Under the pieces are notes generated by a model, which did not search any database, had not been told where the DNA came from, and was given only the letters and a program-made list of their open reading frames with translations. From Eubacteriales bacterium (GTDB taxonomy: Bacteria > Bacillota > Clostridia > Lachnospirales > JAVBKL01), in NCBI GenBank assembly GCA_031554055.1, contig JAVBKL010000056.1:645-64644 (forward strand): a stretch of 64,000 nucleotides of DNA, written 5' to 3'. The position numbers were made by a program, and so were the translations under genes. Each line of letters begins with the position of its first letter. Position 1 is the stretch's first letter. Shown piece by piece: positions 9,501-19,486 of this stretch.

Positions 9501-10997
9501 ATTGTTTTATCCGCCACAAGCAAAGATTATAAATCAGGCGACCAAGAAGTTTTGATAACGTTTAAAGTTTCTGACACAGGGTTTGGTATGTCACAGGAGC
9601 AGTTGGATAAGTTGTTTGTGCCATTTGAGCAGTTTCACCAAAACGCAAAAAATTCTTCCACAGGCACAGGTCTTGGCATGACCATCTCAAAACAGATTGT
9701 GGCATTGATGCACGGCATCATTCTCGTGGACAGCGAAGTGAATGTGGGCACAACAACGACTGTTGTTTTGCCGTTTAAAGTAGTCGGGCACGATGCAACC
9801 ATCGAGAGCAATATTAAGAACAGCGGTTTGGCCAAGTGCCGAATTTTAGCCGCTGACGACGACGAAATCTCTTTAAAGATTATCAACAGCTTATTATCGG
9901 TTCTCGACTGTGACATAACCTGTGTAAAAAGCGGCGAAGAGGCACTGGAAAAAGTATCGCATTCCATGAAAGAAAACAATCCGTATCAAGTTATTTTGCT
10001 CGATTATTTTATGGGCGGAAAAAACGGCATGGAAGTCGCTTGGCAACTGAAATCACTTGTAACCCAGCAAACAAAAATTTTAATGGTATCGGCATACGCT
10101 ACGCAGTTTAACGCAAGCCAAATACGAGACGCTGGGTTTGACGATATAATCGAAAAACCGTTCTCCCCTACCGATTTTGTGCAAAAAATTAGCTCTGCTT
10201 TAAATGTAAAGCAAGCTGTTTTAGCCGCTAGCCGCAGTAGCTCTTTTAGCCGTGCAAAAGTTATGGTTGTGGAAGACAACGAGATTAACCAAGAGGTCGC
10301 CATCAGTATGCTGGAAGTTTTTGGCATTACACCCATTGTTGCGTCTAACGGACAAGAAGCTTTGGACTTACTGGAAGAACAAGAGTTCCATTTGATTTTA
10401 ATGGACATACACATGCCTGTTATGAATGGCCACATCGCAACCCAAACCATACGTGCGTCTAAAAAACCATATGCAAATATTCCAATTGTTGCCATGACTG
10501 CCAACGTCGTAAAAGAAGAAATCAAAAAATGCGTGGACGAGGGCATGAACGGACACATCAGCAAGCCAGTTGATTTAAACAATTTAAGTTCACAGCTAGA
10601 ACTGTGGCTGTCAGGTTATAAAGATATTGTAGCCGACTTGCAAAAGGAAGCTGAAGAAAAGGTTTCCATAACAGGCATAGATATGGAAACTGCCGTGAAG
10701 CGGTTTGGCGGCAAGGAAGAAAAATATCATCGTTTGTTAAAGGTGTTTGCACATGACTGCCCCGCAGAAGTGAAGCCCTTTGAAGATGCCATCAGTGAAG
10801 ACAACAAAGCTTGGACTGTACATTTCATTCACACAATCAAGGGCGTGTCTGGCAATTTGGGTATTACAGAACTTTATGAAGCAGCCATTGCGTTTGAAGC
10901 CAGTATGAAAAAAGACGAGCCAAACGAGTCCCTTTATTATGCAGTATTTGAATGTTACTCAATCATGAAACAACGCATTCTTGAAACGCTAAAATAG
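6513..10997 (+). CDS. Hybrid sensor histidine kinase (SBP + ABC-type binding domain, TM, PAS, HisKA, HATPase, 2 REC, Hpt)
   Basis: MSHEIRTPMNAVIG H-box, NSAKFT, DTGFGM, GTGLGM, two receiver domains, HTIKGVSGNLG Hpt. Likely start is TTG 6513 after GAGGTG rather than 6411. Confidence 0.92.
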   Translation: MKKMNFGFLAILGIFCLSSVFFASVQASQIAIQPEKMINISQTEDTTVLIDRLLYCAYQRLGYKMILTVEGMNSALVSANSGYSDGFLANVPGIEKNYPNLIPVPEQFSFVEFMSLTQAGTTIPLKDWSDLSGKKVGFMQQRPFLETHVPRTADIKRYSSINELMAALKQGEIEIAITPLVGGAKPLVVDGTQANGVLERINSYSYVNKKHIDLVPKLSPVLQEMRADGTTEKIMSGEMTFNSSDNKVVLLISSYSGETNWEQTIADGLRENLSSNVPFELYQINLNSIRYGDNEYHWQIISNMIHKDFLDKNPDIVVTLDNEALSFVKKYYNSTFNQTPVVFSGVNQFTDHDLNGYEDNITGITEAIAAKETVTQMLTMFPNSKKIFVINDYTDSGKRWQADIQSQLESFKGTLNIEYNKNISFDELLKKIKSLPKDSLILSGFYYKDSTFKSFMQDDIQRQLYENASVPIFGLFPDSIGKGQLGGKYISALGQAKKTHDMMENIIMNKTISHNPIVMDTSDSSEWIFDYNILKAWNINESVLPKNSKLINKPLNIFQRNPFLVYLLGASAILIGVLVYVIRNQLRYSRELLATQKSLFSTEELLARDKALEEATEQLDALVSSAPVVFIVALDGAVVLANKHSKTKYGVNIGDRIENFYVEPSAREEFVRRVHELKKTSGETLWVKTISNEKRLLYGNFDVVEHNQAQPIAFWGFDITERENKTLLLKQLQTDLKSVLDTLPLGVYIYAQSSKKPLYANLAYAQIFCLDTGDDLQAFQAFDNPAADFTDTPDEILEYEYQFQFPNKDRDVVDAKVFASKIVYNDEAAILSIIRDVSADKKQTQMLEKIAAQEKEANKIKNNFIVSMSHEIRTPMNAVIGLTEIALTKNYEKEAAETFKKVNTSAKHLLNIISDALDFSKIEAEELALLEENFVLSDVLANASLVASQRIGDKRVEMHLDLDINLPNVLHGDKTRFWQVFKNLLDNSAKFTNTGRIVLSATSKDYKSGDQEVLITFKVSDTGFGMSQEQLDKLFVPFEQFHQNAKNSSTGTGLGMTISKQIVALMHGIILVDSEVNVGTTTTVVLPFKVVGHDATIESNIKNSGLAKCRILAADDDEISLKIINSLLSVLDCDITCVKSGEEALEKVSHSMKENNPYQVILLDYFMGGKNGMEVAWQLKSLVTQQTKILMVSAYATQFNASQIRDAGFDDIIEKPFSPTDFVQKISSALNVKQAVLAASRSSSFSRAKVMVVEDNEINQEVAISMLEVFGITPIVASNGQEALDLLEEQEFHLILMDIHMPVMNGHIATQTIRASKKPYANIPIVAMTANVVKEEIKKCVDEGMNGHISKPVDLNNLSSQLELWLSGYKDIVADLQKEAEEKVSITGIDMETAVKRFGGKEEKYHRLLKVFAHDCPAEVKPFEDAISEDNKAWTVHFIHTIKGVSGNLGITELYEAAIAFEASMKKDEPNESLYYAVFECYSIMKQRILETLK

Positions 10998-11019
10998 TGA
11001 AGGAGTCAGGAGTGAGGCT

Positions 11020-14000
11020 ATGAAGATTTTCAGGATTATACTATGTGCTTTAATTTTCCAGTTGTGTCCAGTTTCGGTATATGCAGATGAATCTGGGCGG
11101 CTCCTCACCTTTAGCGGAGCAGAAGATTCATCCAACAACATCGCCCGTGTGATTTACTATGCACTAAAACAAATGGGCTATGAAATGACAATCGCCCTAC
11201 AGGGAATGAGTTCGGCGGCAATCACGGCAAACTCTGGGCAAACAGACGGTTTGGTATGCCTCACCAAGGGGTTTGAAGAGACTTATCCCAACTTAATTCC
11301 CATTGAAGCACCCATCGGTACCATCAGTTTTTTGACGTATGCAAAAAATGGAAACTCGTTTCCTATTGATTCATGGTCGGATTTATCTTCTTATAAAGTT
11401 GGGTTTTTGGTTCAGAAATTTTATATAGAAAACCATATGCCAGAAAATTCTAATATATCACGCTATGATACTTTTGAACTGCTTTGGCAGGCGTTGCTTA
11501 GTGGTGAGATTGATGTGGCCGTTGTGACAAACATTGGCGACCAGCCATACCTTGTGGACGATAATATTCACTTAAACAGCGTACTCGAAACCTTGGACGA
11601 CTACATGTTTTTGAACAAAAAAAACCAAGACCTCGTACCCCAGCTTACAAAAATTCTTCGTGAGTTTAATGCAGATGGAACCACCGACAAAATACTCAAC
11701 AACGAACTCGACATAAACTTGAACATAAATGGTTCCAAAAACAAAGTGGTGCTCCATATTTCTTCTTTTGGTGCGGATATGCCTTGGGAAGTTGCCATTC
11801 GCAAAACATTACAAGAGAGGTTCATTGACACGCCCTATGAGTTTCACAGTGTAAACTTGGACTCTTTGCAAATGAGCAACTCCTACAAAAACAAAATGAT
11901 TTTAAATGCAATCCAAAGAGATTTTCTTTCAAAGCCGCCCGATATTATTATTGTGTCTGATAATGAAGCCGCCGCCTTTGTTAAGGATTTCTATAACACG
12001 GCGTTTAATGCCACGCCCGTTGTATTTTTCGGTGTGAATAATTATGGGCCACATCTCGTAAGTGGTTTTGAAACGGTTTCGACTGGTGTTGCGGAAAGAA
12101 TTTCTGCGGATGAAATCGTCACCCAAATGTTAAAAATGTTTCCAAAAACTAAGGGCTTATATGTAATAAATGATTATTCCAGAAGTGGCTGGGCGATACA
12201 GTCCGATATAGAAAAACAATTAAAGCCGTTTGAAGACAAGATTGCCATTACCTATAACGAGAATTTGACCTACCAACAGCTCATGGATGAAGTGCACGCA
12301 CTTCCAGCGGATACCTTGATTTTGTCTGGATTTTATTTTATTGATTCCGTAAAAAGCTTTCATTTCATGAGCGACTTTCAAGCAGACCTCACCAAATATG
12401 CAAATGCTCCTTTCTTTGGAATTTTGAGCACACACAAGGGCTTTGGGCAACTCGGCGGCAAGTATACAGACCCTGCCCTTCAAGCGAATTATGCTTGTGA
12501 TATAGTTGATAAAATCTTGAGTGGTACAGCACCTTCTGAAATTCCTGTTGTGATAAACCCCTCGGACGAAAACAAATGGATTTTTGATAACACTGTCATG
12601 AAAAAATGGGGTATAAAAAAATCAGATCTTCCTAAGAACGCCGAAATTTTGAACAAAGATTACAATATCATTGAAGATGATCCAGCAACTTTCGCTGTGC
12701 TTTTTATGGCTGGGCTTTCCGTTGTTGTTCTTGTGATTTTCACCTTGCGACAAAGAAAAAACAACCGAGCACTAGTAGATCTACAAAAAACGCTTCACTC
12801 CAAAGAGGAAATTTTGAAAAAGGAATCGGAAATCACCGAGACAAAAAAGCAGCAATTAACCTATCTATCCATTGCACCTGTTTTATTTATTGTGACGCTC
12901 GACGATACCGTGGTGTATATAAACCATTTTGCACAAGAAACGACAGGGCTTGATCTGGGTGATCACATCAACCGCTTGTATGAGGACTGTGAAGAAGCGA
13001 AAGAAGTCATGCATCACATTATGTCAAGCGAACAAGCCGACGGCTCTGCACTAAAACTTAGGATTTTAGGCGGCGAGTTTCGGAGCTTTTTTACAAATTT
13101 TATGCCAACCACCTTTGAGGGCAAAGAAGCCATTGTTATCTGTGCGATGGACATCGAAGAATCCGAACAGCAAGACCGATTGCTCGAAAGTATGCAGCAA
13201 AATCTGCAACGAGTCATGGACGCATTGCCTTTGCCGTCTGTGATTAAAATTGCTGAAACTTCTAAAACCGTTTACGCAAACGATGCATTTTTACGAATGT
13301 TTTCCATTGGCACACCGCTTAGCGGAAGTGACGAAATCTCAAATGAAATCTCAAACCAAGAAACAGGAACCGTGTACGAAAAGAGTCTACTCTTAAAATC
13401 AGGCGAGAAAATGGACGCAAGCATTTATGCCAGGCGAGTATTCTTTAACGGAAATTCCTGCGAGATTATGGTGATACAGGACATAACCGCCGATAAAAAA
13501 CAGAAGAAGCTCTTGCAAAGCATGGCGGAAAAAGAAAAAGAAGCCAATAAAATCAAGAGTCGGTTTGTTGTGAACATGAGCCACGAGGTTCGCACACCTA
13601 TGAACGCCATTATTGGGCTTACTGAAATTGCACTGACCAAAGGTTTTCAAGATGAAATTCATTCGTCGCTTAAAAAAGTCAATACCTCTGCCAAACATTT
13701 GCTTCATATCATCAATGACGTGCTAGACTTTTCAAAGCTTGAAGCAGACAAGCTTGAGCTATTTGAAAATGATTTTAATTTAGTTCAAACATTGGAAGAC
13801 ATCGCTTTGGCTGTATCAGAAAAACTTGACAACAGACCAATAGAACTTAAGACGGCTTTTGATTCCAACTTGCCACAATTTGTGTGGGGCGACCAAGATA
13901 GGTTTTGGCAGGTCGTTGGCGGACTGGTTGAGAACGCCTCAAAGTTTACAAAAAAAGGCCACATCCTCTTTGCAGCTACTTGCCCGCCGTATGAAATCAC

Positions 14001-14652
14001 GGATGATTCGCTCACCATAACCTTTACGGTTTCTGATACAGGCATCGGCATGACGCCCGAACAAGTAGGAAGACTTTTTATTCCGTTTGAGCAGTTTCAC
14101 AAAGGCTTATCGTCAACTGGAACAGGGCTTGGTTTGTCCGTTGCCAAACAGCTCGTTACTCTCATGGGCGGCGACATACAATTGGAAAGTGAATGTGACG
14201 TGGGCACAAAAGCAACGGTTGTGATTCCGTTTTCTATTTCCAAAGGCGATTTGGCAGAACAAACAGGCAACGCTTTTCGTTGTCTGTCAGCAAAAGTTTT
14301 GGTTGTCGAAGATAATGCAATCAACCAAGAAGTGATTGGCGGTATGCTAGCAATGTATGCCATCACGCCAACGTTTGCAGGCAATGGAAAAATGGCGGTT
14401 GACATTCTTTCCAAACAAAAATTCGACTTGGTGTTCATGGACATTCATATGCCAGAAATGGGCGGCGTGGAAGCAACACAGCTCGTTCGCCACTCTGATT
14501 CTTTAAACCAGCAGGTTCCCATTGTGGCACTAACCGCCGATACGGACAACGAATCCCTTGCGACTTTTTTAGAATCGGGCATGAACGGACATCTTGCAAA
14601 ACCAATTGAGCTGCACACTTTGGCAAGCTCGCTTAAAAAATGGTTGGTGTAA
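11020..14652 (+). CDS. Hybrid sensor histidine kinase (paralog; one REC, no Hpt)
   Basis: MSHEVRTPMNAIIG, NASKFT, DTGIGM, GTGLGL, VFMDIHMP. Confidence 0.92.
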   Translation: MKIFRIILCALIFQLCPVSVYADESGRLLTFSGAEDSSNNIARVIYYALKQMGYEMTIALQGMSSAAITANSGQTDGLVCLTKGFEETYPNLIPIEAPIGTISFLTYAKNGNSFPIDSWSDLSSYKVGFLVQKFYIENHMPENSNISRYDTFELLWQALLSGEIDVAVVTNIGDQPYLVDDNIHLNSVLETLDDYMFLNKKNQDLVPQLTKILREFNADGTTDKILNNELDINLNINGSKNKVVLHISSFGADMPWEVAIRKTLQERFIDTPYEFHSVNLDSLQMSNSYKNKMILNAIQRDFLSKPPDIIIVSDNEAAAFVKDFYNTAFNATPVVFFGVNNYGPHLVSGFETVSTGVAERISADEIVTQMLKMFPKTKGLYVINDYSRSGWAIQSDIEKQLKPFEDKIAITYNENLTYQQLMDEVHALPADTLILSGFYFIDSVKSFHFMSDFQADLTKYANAPFFGILSTHKGFGQLGGKYTDPALQANYACDIVDKILSGTAPSEIPVVINPSDENKWIFDNTVMKKWGIKKSDLPKNAEILNKDYNIIEDDPATFAVLFMAGLSVVVLVIFTLRQRKNNRALVDLQKTLHSKEEILKKESEITETKKQQLTYLSIAPVLFIVTLDDTVVYINHFAQETTGLDLGDHINRLYEDCEEAKEVMHHIMSSEQADGSALKLRILGGEFRSFFTNFMPTTFEGKEAIVICAMDIEESEQQDRLLESMQQNLQRVMDALPLPSVIKIAETSKTVYANDAFLRMFSIGTPLSGSDEISNEISNQETGTVYEKSLLLKSGEKMDASIYARRVFFNGNSCEIMVIQDITADKKQKKLLQSMAEKEKEANKIKSRFVVNMSHEVRTPMNAIIGLTEIALTKGFQDEIHSSLKKVNTSAKHLLHIINDVLDFSKLEADKLELFENDFNLVQTLEDIALAVSEKLDNRPIELKTAFDSNLPQFVWGDQDRFWQVVGGLVENASKFTKKGHILFAATCPPYEITDDSLTITFTVSDTGIGMTPEQVGRLFIPFEQFHKGLSSTGTGLGLSVAKQLVTLMGGDIQLESECDVGTKATVVIPFSISKGDLAEQTGNAFRCLSAKVLVVEDNAINQEVIGGMLAMYAITPTFAGNGKMAVDILSKQKFDLVFMDIHMPEMGGVEATQLVRHSDSLNQQVPIVALTADTDNESLATFLESGMNGHLAKPIELHTLASSLKKWLV

Positions 14653-14746
14653 AGTGAATATTCACTTTGCACCGCCTTTTTTTATAGTCCACGCTATTGT
14701 AAATATATCTTTTTTGTAGTAAAATGTTGGTAAGGAGTGAATCATT

Positions 14747-15931
14747 TTGGACTCGAATTTTAGAACAGAGATAAATATAATTTTAACTAGCGAAATTGGG
14801 GAAAAAGACTTTATATCCATCACTTTAAGCAGCCCAATTTCTAGTAACGCCGAGTTTACTAAAATAAAGATTGTTCCTAAAAAAAATAAGAACGGTATTT
14901 TTTTTCAGTTTGAATATTTTTATGATAGCAAAGTAAAACACGAAAACACAGCAGACATTGCAGAGGTCATTAAACGGCTTACAAGCATACTTGCGCTTGG
15001 TTATAAGCAGACTTATATTTTGTTTTCTGATCGGTACGTGCAGATTTTTATTGACAAAAAAATGAAAATATCGGTTCTGCGTGGAAATTTAAGCACAACC
15101 AATAAAATAAAAACCGAAATAAAAGATCATAATAACGAAAAAAATTATATACTCAAAGAGGGCGTCGCTGTTAACTGGCTTGTATCACTTGGCATCATGA
15201 ATACGAGTGGCAAGGTACTTAACCCTATGCAAAAAAAGTTTAGGCAAATCAATAAGTTTCTCGAAAACATTCAGGATATAAAAAAGCAACTCCCCATGAA
15301 CCCAACCATCGTGGATTTTGGCTGTGGCAAATCGTATTTGAGCTTTGCCATGTATGATTATTTGTGTAAAGAAGGCTACACCCCAACGATTATCGGTTTG
15401 GATTTAAAAGCCGATGTCATTGAAAACTGCAACGCAATTGCCAAAGAAAATAATTTTACAGGCCTTACTTTTCATGTGGGTGATGTTGCTAATTATTTTG
15501 ATTCAAACAAAGATGTTGCGGCAGATATGCTCATAACTCTTCATGCTTGTGATACAGCAACCGATTATGCCATCTATCACGCACTAAAATGGCGTTGCAA
15601 GGTGATCGTGGTTGTTCCTTGCTGTCAGCATGAGATTTTGGGTCAAATTAAAAATGAAGACCTCCAACCGCTGCTTAAACATGGAATCATGAAGGAGCGA
15701 TTTTCTTCATTGCTTACTGATGCCATTCGTGCTAATATAATAGAAGCCTATGGCTATAAGGTTAGTGTCCTTGAATTTATTGACACAGAACATACACCAA
15801 AAAACATTATGATTCGTGCAACTGCTAAAAATTTCGAATTAAACAAAGAAAAGCTAGATGATATATTACAGATGCAGAACATGTTTGGGGCGAGCCCTAT
15901 TTTATGTGAGCTTGCAAAAAACTTGGATTGA
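14747..15931 (+). CDS. Class I SAM-dependent methyltransferase
   Basis: KKFRQINKFLE, VDFGCGKSYL, LHACDTATD, PCCQHE, EHTPKN. Confidence 0.85.
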   Translation: MDSNFRTEINIILTSEIGEKDFISITLSSPISSNAEFTKIKIVPKKNKNGIFFQFEYFYDSKVKHENTADIAEVIKRLTSILALGYKQTYILFSDRYVQIFIDKKMKISVLRGNLSTTNKIKTEIKDHNNEKNYILKEGVAVNWLVSLGIMNTSGKVLNPMQKKFRQINKFLENIQDIKKQLPMNPTIVDFGCGKSYLSFAMYDYLCKEGYTPTIIGLDLKADVIENCNAIAKENNFTGLTFHVGDVANYFDSNKDVAADMLITLHACDTATDYAIYHALKWRCKVIVVVPCCQHEILGQIKNEDLQPLLKHGIMKERFSSLLTDAIRANIIEAYGYKVSVLEFIDTEHTPKNIMIRATAKNFELNKEKLDDILQMQNMFGASPILCELAKNLD

Positions 15932-15949
15932 CAAATTATTAAAAGGTAG

Positions 15950-16957
15950 GTGAACATTTTGGGTTACCGAGATACTAGGGTGGTCATTGCAACACGTGAC
16001 GCCGCATTTTATAATGCGGTGCAAACTGGATTTATGAACACTGCAAACATTGAGTCTTGCATCAACGTATTTGATTTGCCTTCGGCTGAACATAAAATGA
16101 ACCGCCTTATTTTCAATGTCATTATCGTTGATTTGGATACCTGTGCCACTACCACAGCTTATATGCGTCAGTTGATTGAAAAGCATAAGCTCTTTATTAT
16201 TTTAACAGCACAATCGCCCTCTTCTGCCATCAACTATACATCCGGTAGTGTCAAAGAGTTTGTCTTAAAACCTCGTGCGTTATCAGAAATTTATATCACT
16301 GTGTACTTAAACTCCATTTTACCAAGAATCCGTGAATTTACGTTTTCGGCACCAACCATGAGCTATCACGGTATGCAAAAAACAGTTGACGTAAACCAAA
16401 AAATAATTGTCATCGCCTCCTCCACTGGCGGCACAGATGCCCTTGAGAAAATTTTTAAATCCATGCCCGCTGATATTCCACCGATTTTGGTCGTTCAACA
16501 TATGCCTTCTGGTTTTACTCGCTTCTTTGCAAACCGCTTAAACAGCATTTGCCCGATGGAAGTTCGAGAAGCCGAGAACAACGATTACTTACAGCGTGGA
16601 CTTGTTTTAATTGCACCGGCTGATAATCACATGAAGCTAATCAGACGTAGTTCAAAACTTGTGGTGGAATGTTTTTCTGGTACAAAGATCCACGGTGTTA
16701 TGCCTGCCGCAGATATTTTGTTCGAGTCGGTTGCCCCACTTATGCGTAGCAATGTGATTGGCGTAATCCTCACAGGAATGGGTGCAGATGGCGCAAAAGG
16801 CATGATGCTTATGCATTTAAACGGTGCCACCACCATCGGCCAAGACAAAGAAAGTTGTGTGGTATACGGAATGCCTAAGGTAGCTTTTGATATGGGTGCT
16901 CTGGATATGCAACTGCCACTGAATAAAATCGCAAATACAATCATGAGTTTGGTTTAA
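15950..16957 (+). CDS. cheB: Chemotaxis methylesterase CheB with atypical receiver domain
   Basis: ASSTGG, VQHMP, LTGMGADGAKG, VVYGMP; divergent N-terminal REC. Confidence 0.9.
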   Translation: MNILGYRDTRVVIATRDAAFYNAVQTGFMNTANIESCINVFDLPSAEHKMNRLIFNVIIVDLDTCATTTAYMRQLIEKHKLFIILTAQSPSSAINYTSGSVKEFVLKPRALSEIYITVYLNSILPRIREFTFSAPTMSYHGMQKTVDVNQKIIVIASSTGGTDALEKIFKSMPADIPPILVVQHMPSGFTRFFANRLNSICPMEVREAENNDYLQRGLVLIAPADNHMKLIRRSSKLVVECFSGTKIHGVMPAADILFESVAPLMRSNVIGVILTGMGADGAKGMMLMHLNGATTIGQDKESCVVYGMPKVAFDMGALDMQLPLNKIANTIMSLV

Positions 16958-16968
16958 AATTATAAATA

Positions 16969-17010
16969 GGTAAAGGCGTGTGCATGAGTTAACCCAGCAC
17001 ACGCCTTTAC
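16969..17010. terminator. Stem-loop after cheB
   Basis: GTAAAGGCGTGTGC ... GCACACGCCTTTAC perfect inverted repeat. Confidence 0.65.
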
Positions 17011-17047
17011 TAAAATATGTTTATAGTTTACATTTAGGAGGCTTGCT

Positions 17048-18001
17048 ATGTTATCTGATAAAAAAGTTGTCTACTACTTATGTACTTCCGAGGAAAGACA
17101 TGGGCTTGTGTCTAGGGACATCTGGAAAATGATTCTTGCAAAAGACGGAGTAACCCCTGCGGGCATTTCATTTGATGGACAAGAAGTTATGATGTGCCGT
17201 GATTTGAGAAACAATGCGTTTTATTTTGTGCCGACTGCCGTACCGCTTTGTTGGGAATATCCAAAGTATCTGGAAGAAATGAACAGTAAGTTTGGGGATT
17301 TTGATTTTGCTGGCATGGTCACTTGGCACGAAGGGGCAAGTGCTCCACCAAAGGTACTCACTGTACATTCGCTAGGCGATGTCAATTTGGGAATTTATGG
17401 TGCGGCAAACCCGCTTTACATGAGAAACCTTTTAAATGCAATTGAGAAAAACCGTGTTGCACTTGGGTTAACCGAATACCAAACCGTAACAGAAGCGACA
17501 CACTGGTCAGGAAAAAACATTCCAGGGCGTACCCCCGAGCTGATTCTTAAATACCCTGTGCCAATGGTTGACATAGAAGTTGGAAGTCTTGAAGAGAGCT
17601 GGGCAGACCTCACCGCCTGTCAGGCTTTGGCAGATTCATTGACCCAAATCTTTGATGCAAAAGAAAAACATATTCACAATATTTTATGTGTGGGTGGCGT
17701 TCACTTTGACCCAAACTTTGCCGAAGCAGTTTTTACCGAATGGGCAGACGAAGCGTTTGGCATTTCGCATATCATAGCAAACCAATGGCTTGTTACGGGC
17801 GAGTACGAAAAAGAGCACGGACTTGCTTTTGCAAGTTCTGCCATGGACGCCATCATGGGTGGCGTGGAAGCGATTGCGTTTCACGATAAAATGAAGGGCT
17901 GTTACAAAGATTTGGTGCGTTCCCTTGGCGAAAAATACAATGTGCCCATACTAAGACATCAACGACTAAGAACACCACAAGAAATTGAATTTGTAAAATA
18001 A
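17048..18001 (+). CDS. Archaeal/plant-type (DTD2/GEK1-like) D-aminoacyl-tRNA deacylase
   Basis: LTVHSLGD, TEATHWSG, DIEVGSLEESW, VGGVHF and FGISHII resemble DTD2-family motifs (LTVH, EATHHGP, FIEIGS, GGGHY). Confidence 0.75.
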   Translation: MLSDKKVVYYLCTSEERHGLVSRDIWKMILAKDGVTPAGISFDGQEVMMCRDLRNNAFYFVPTAVPLCWEYPKYLEEMNSKFGDFDFAGMVTWHEGASAPPKVLTVHSLGDVNLGIYGAANPLYMRNLLNAIEKNRVALGLTEYQTVTEATHWSGKNIPGRTPELILKYPVPMVDIEVGSLEESWADLTACQALADSLTQIFDAKEKHIHNILCVGGVHFDPNFAEAVFTEWADEAFGISHIIANQWLVTGEYEKEHGLAFASSAMDAIMGGVEAIAFHDKMKGCYKDLVRSLGEKYNVPILRHQRLRTPQEIEFVK

Positions 18002-18015
18002 GCGAGGGGAAAACG

Positions 18016-18528
18016 TTGGAGTTTACAATCAGAACCTATCAAGATTCGGATTTGGATTTTATAATTGAGAGCCATAAAACCATGTATGCACAGGAGTACG
18101 GTTACAACGATGTTTTTTTCGCCTATGCCAAGAAAACCGTAACAGATTTTTTGGCGGTGACAAAATGGGAACGTGAGCAGATTTGGATTGCCGAAGTCTT
18201 GGGAAAACCAGTTGGCTGCATTGCGTTGATTTGCCCCGAGCCACAAAACAAGTGGAAATCACAGCTCCGTTGGTTTTTAGTTTTGCCCGAATACCGAAAA
18301 TACGGAATCGGTGCGGCACTCATGAACAACTTGCTAGAAAATGCCGCCGCTTGGGATTATAAACATATCGTGTTCTTAACCACAAGCAATCTGGTAAACG
18401 CTCGTGCATTTTACGAACGATATGGATTTTACGAAACAGCAAGAGTCGAATTGCCAAACTGGTGTGACGAAGTAATTTATGAAGTGATGATGGCACGAGA
18501 TGTGTATCGTCCTGATATTTGCATATAA
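18016..18528 (+). CDS. GNAT-family N-acetyltransferase
   Basis: QLRWFLVLPEYRKYGIGAAL; ARAFYERYGF. Confidence 0.88.
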   Translation: MEFTIRTYQDSDLDFIIESHKTMYAQEYGYNDVFFAYAKKTVTDFLAVTKWEREQIWIAEVLGKPVGCIALICPEPQNKWKSQLRWFLVLPEYRKYGIGAALMNNLLENAAAWDYKHIVFLTTSNLVNARAFYERYGFYETARVELPNWCDEVIYEVMMARDVYRPDICI

Positions 18529-18560
18529 TGGAATAAAAGTTTATAAGGAGATGTCTTTAC

Positions 18561-19433
18561 ATGCAAGAAAAAATATCACAGCTTGTGATGGAACGGTTTC
18601 AAAAATTTAAGTTGGCATATGACGAATCATTGGCCACTGTAACAAATGATTTAAAATTGGTAGCCGATAATAAGCCCATTGATACCAATAAACTTTATAA
18701 CTCAATCGAAAATTCTGTTTTGGCATTGGAACGCCCCAGTGATGTATTTCTTTTTTTGCATTACCTTCCCTACCAAGTCGTGCATGTATTTTCGCATAGC
18801 CTTAACGTCGCCATCTTAACCTATATGTTTGCTCGCAAGCAAAATTTAGAGCCTAGCAAATGGCGTGAACTTGTCTTAAGCGGTGCTTTGTTTGATGTTG
18901 GAATGCTTTTGATTGACAAAGAGATTATAATCAAAAGAGAAAAACTTAACGCAAATGAATATGAGCAAATTGATCAACATTCACGATATGGTTACATGCT
19001 ATTGAAAACGCTAAACTTTAGTGACGAGATTTGCAAAGTCGCTTTAATGCACCATAAAAGATTGAATGGAAAAGGCTACCCCAGAGATGTTTCGGCAGCC
19101 GACATAACAGAATTTACAAAAATTATAACCATTCTTGACATGTACGAAGCCATGACGTCTAACAGGGTTTATAGAAATGCCCTTTCACCTTTTGAAGTTT
19201 TACGAAGGTTTCAAGTCAAGGGCTTTGCAACCCTAGACCCTGCTTATATGCTTACATTTTTAACTGCGGTGTCCAATGCCTGTATTGGTAACGAAGTTAT
19301 TTTATCCTCGGGCGAAATTGGCGAGGTAGTTTTGGTCAACAAAGATGACCTTGCTCGTCCTCTCATTAAAATCGGCGGTGTATTTGTTAATCTCGCTGAA
19401 AGAAAAGACCTAAGTATCATTCGGTGGGCGTAA
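18561..19433 (+). CDS. HD-GYP domain protein with degenerate HD motif
   Basis: SHSLNVA, HHKRLNGKGYP and MTSNRVYR are present, but LHDIG reads LFDVG. Confidence 0.85.
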   Translation: MQEKISQLVMERFQKFKLAYDESLATVTNDLKLVADNKPIDTNKLYNSIENSVLALERPSDVFLFLHYLPYQVVHVFSHSLNVAILTYMFARKQNLEPSKWRELVLSGALFDVGMLLIDKEIIIKREKLNANEYEQIDQHSRYGYMLLKTLNFSDEICKVALMHHKRLNGKGYPRDVSAADITEFTKIITILDMYEAMTSNRVYRNALSPFEVLRRFQVKGFATLDPAYMLTFLTAVSNACIGNEVILSSGEIGEVVLVNKDDLARPLIKIGGVFVNLAERKDLSIIRWA

Positions 19434-19443
19434 GCAAGAATAC

Positions 19444-19486
19444 AAAAAAGTGGCGGTACACGTGATGTGTGTCGCCACTTTTTTTT
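19444..19486. terminator. Bidirectional intrinsic terminator
   Basis: AAAAAAGTGGCG-GTACAC...GTGTGT-CGCCACTTTTTTTT between convergent transcription units. Confidence 0.8.

Noticed and set aside
10004-10582. Long antisense ORFs within kinase, MCP and ABC-F genes
   Set aside because: These are codon-bias shadows that recur at equivalent positions in the paralogous kinases.
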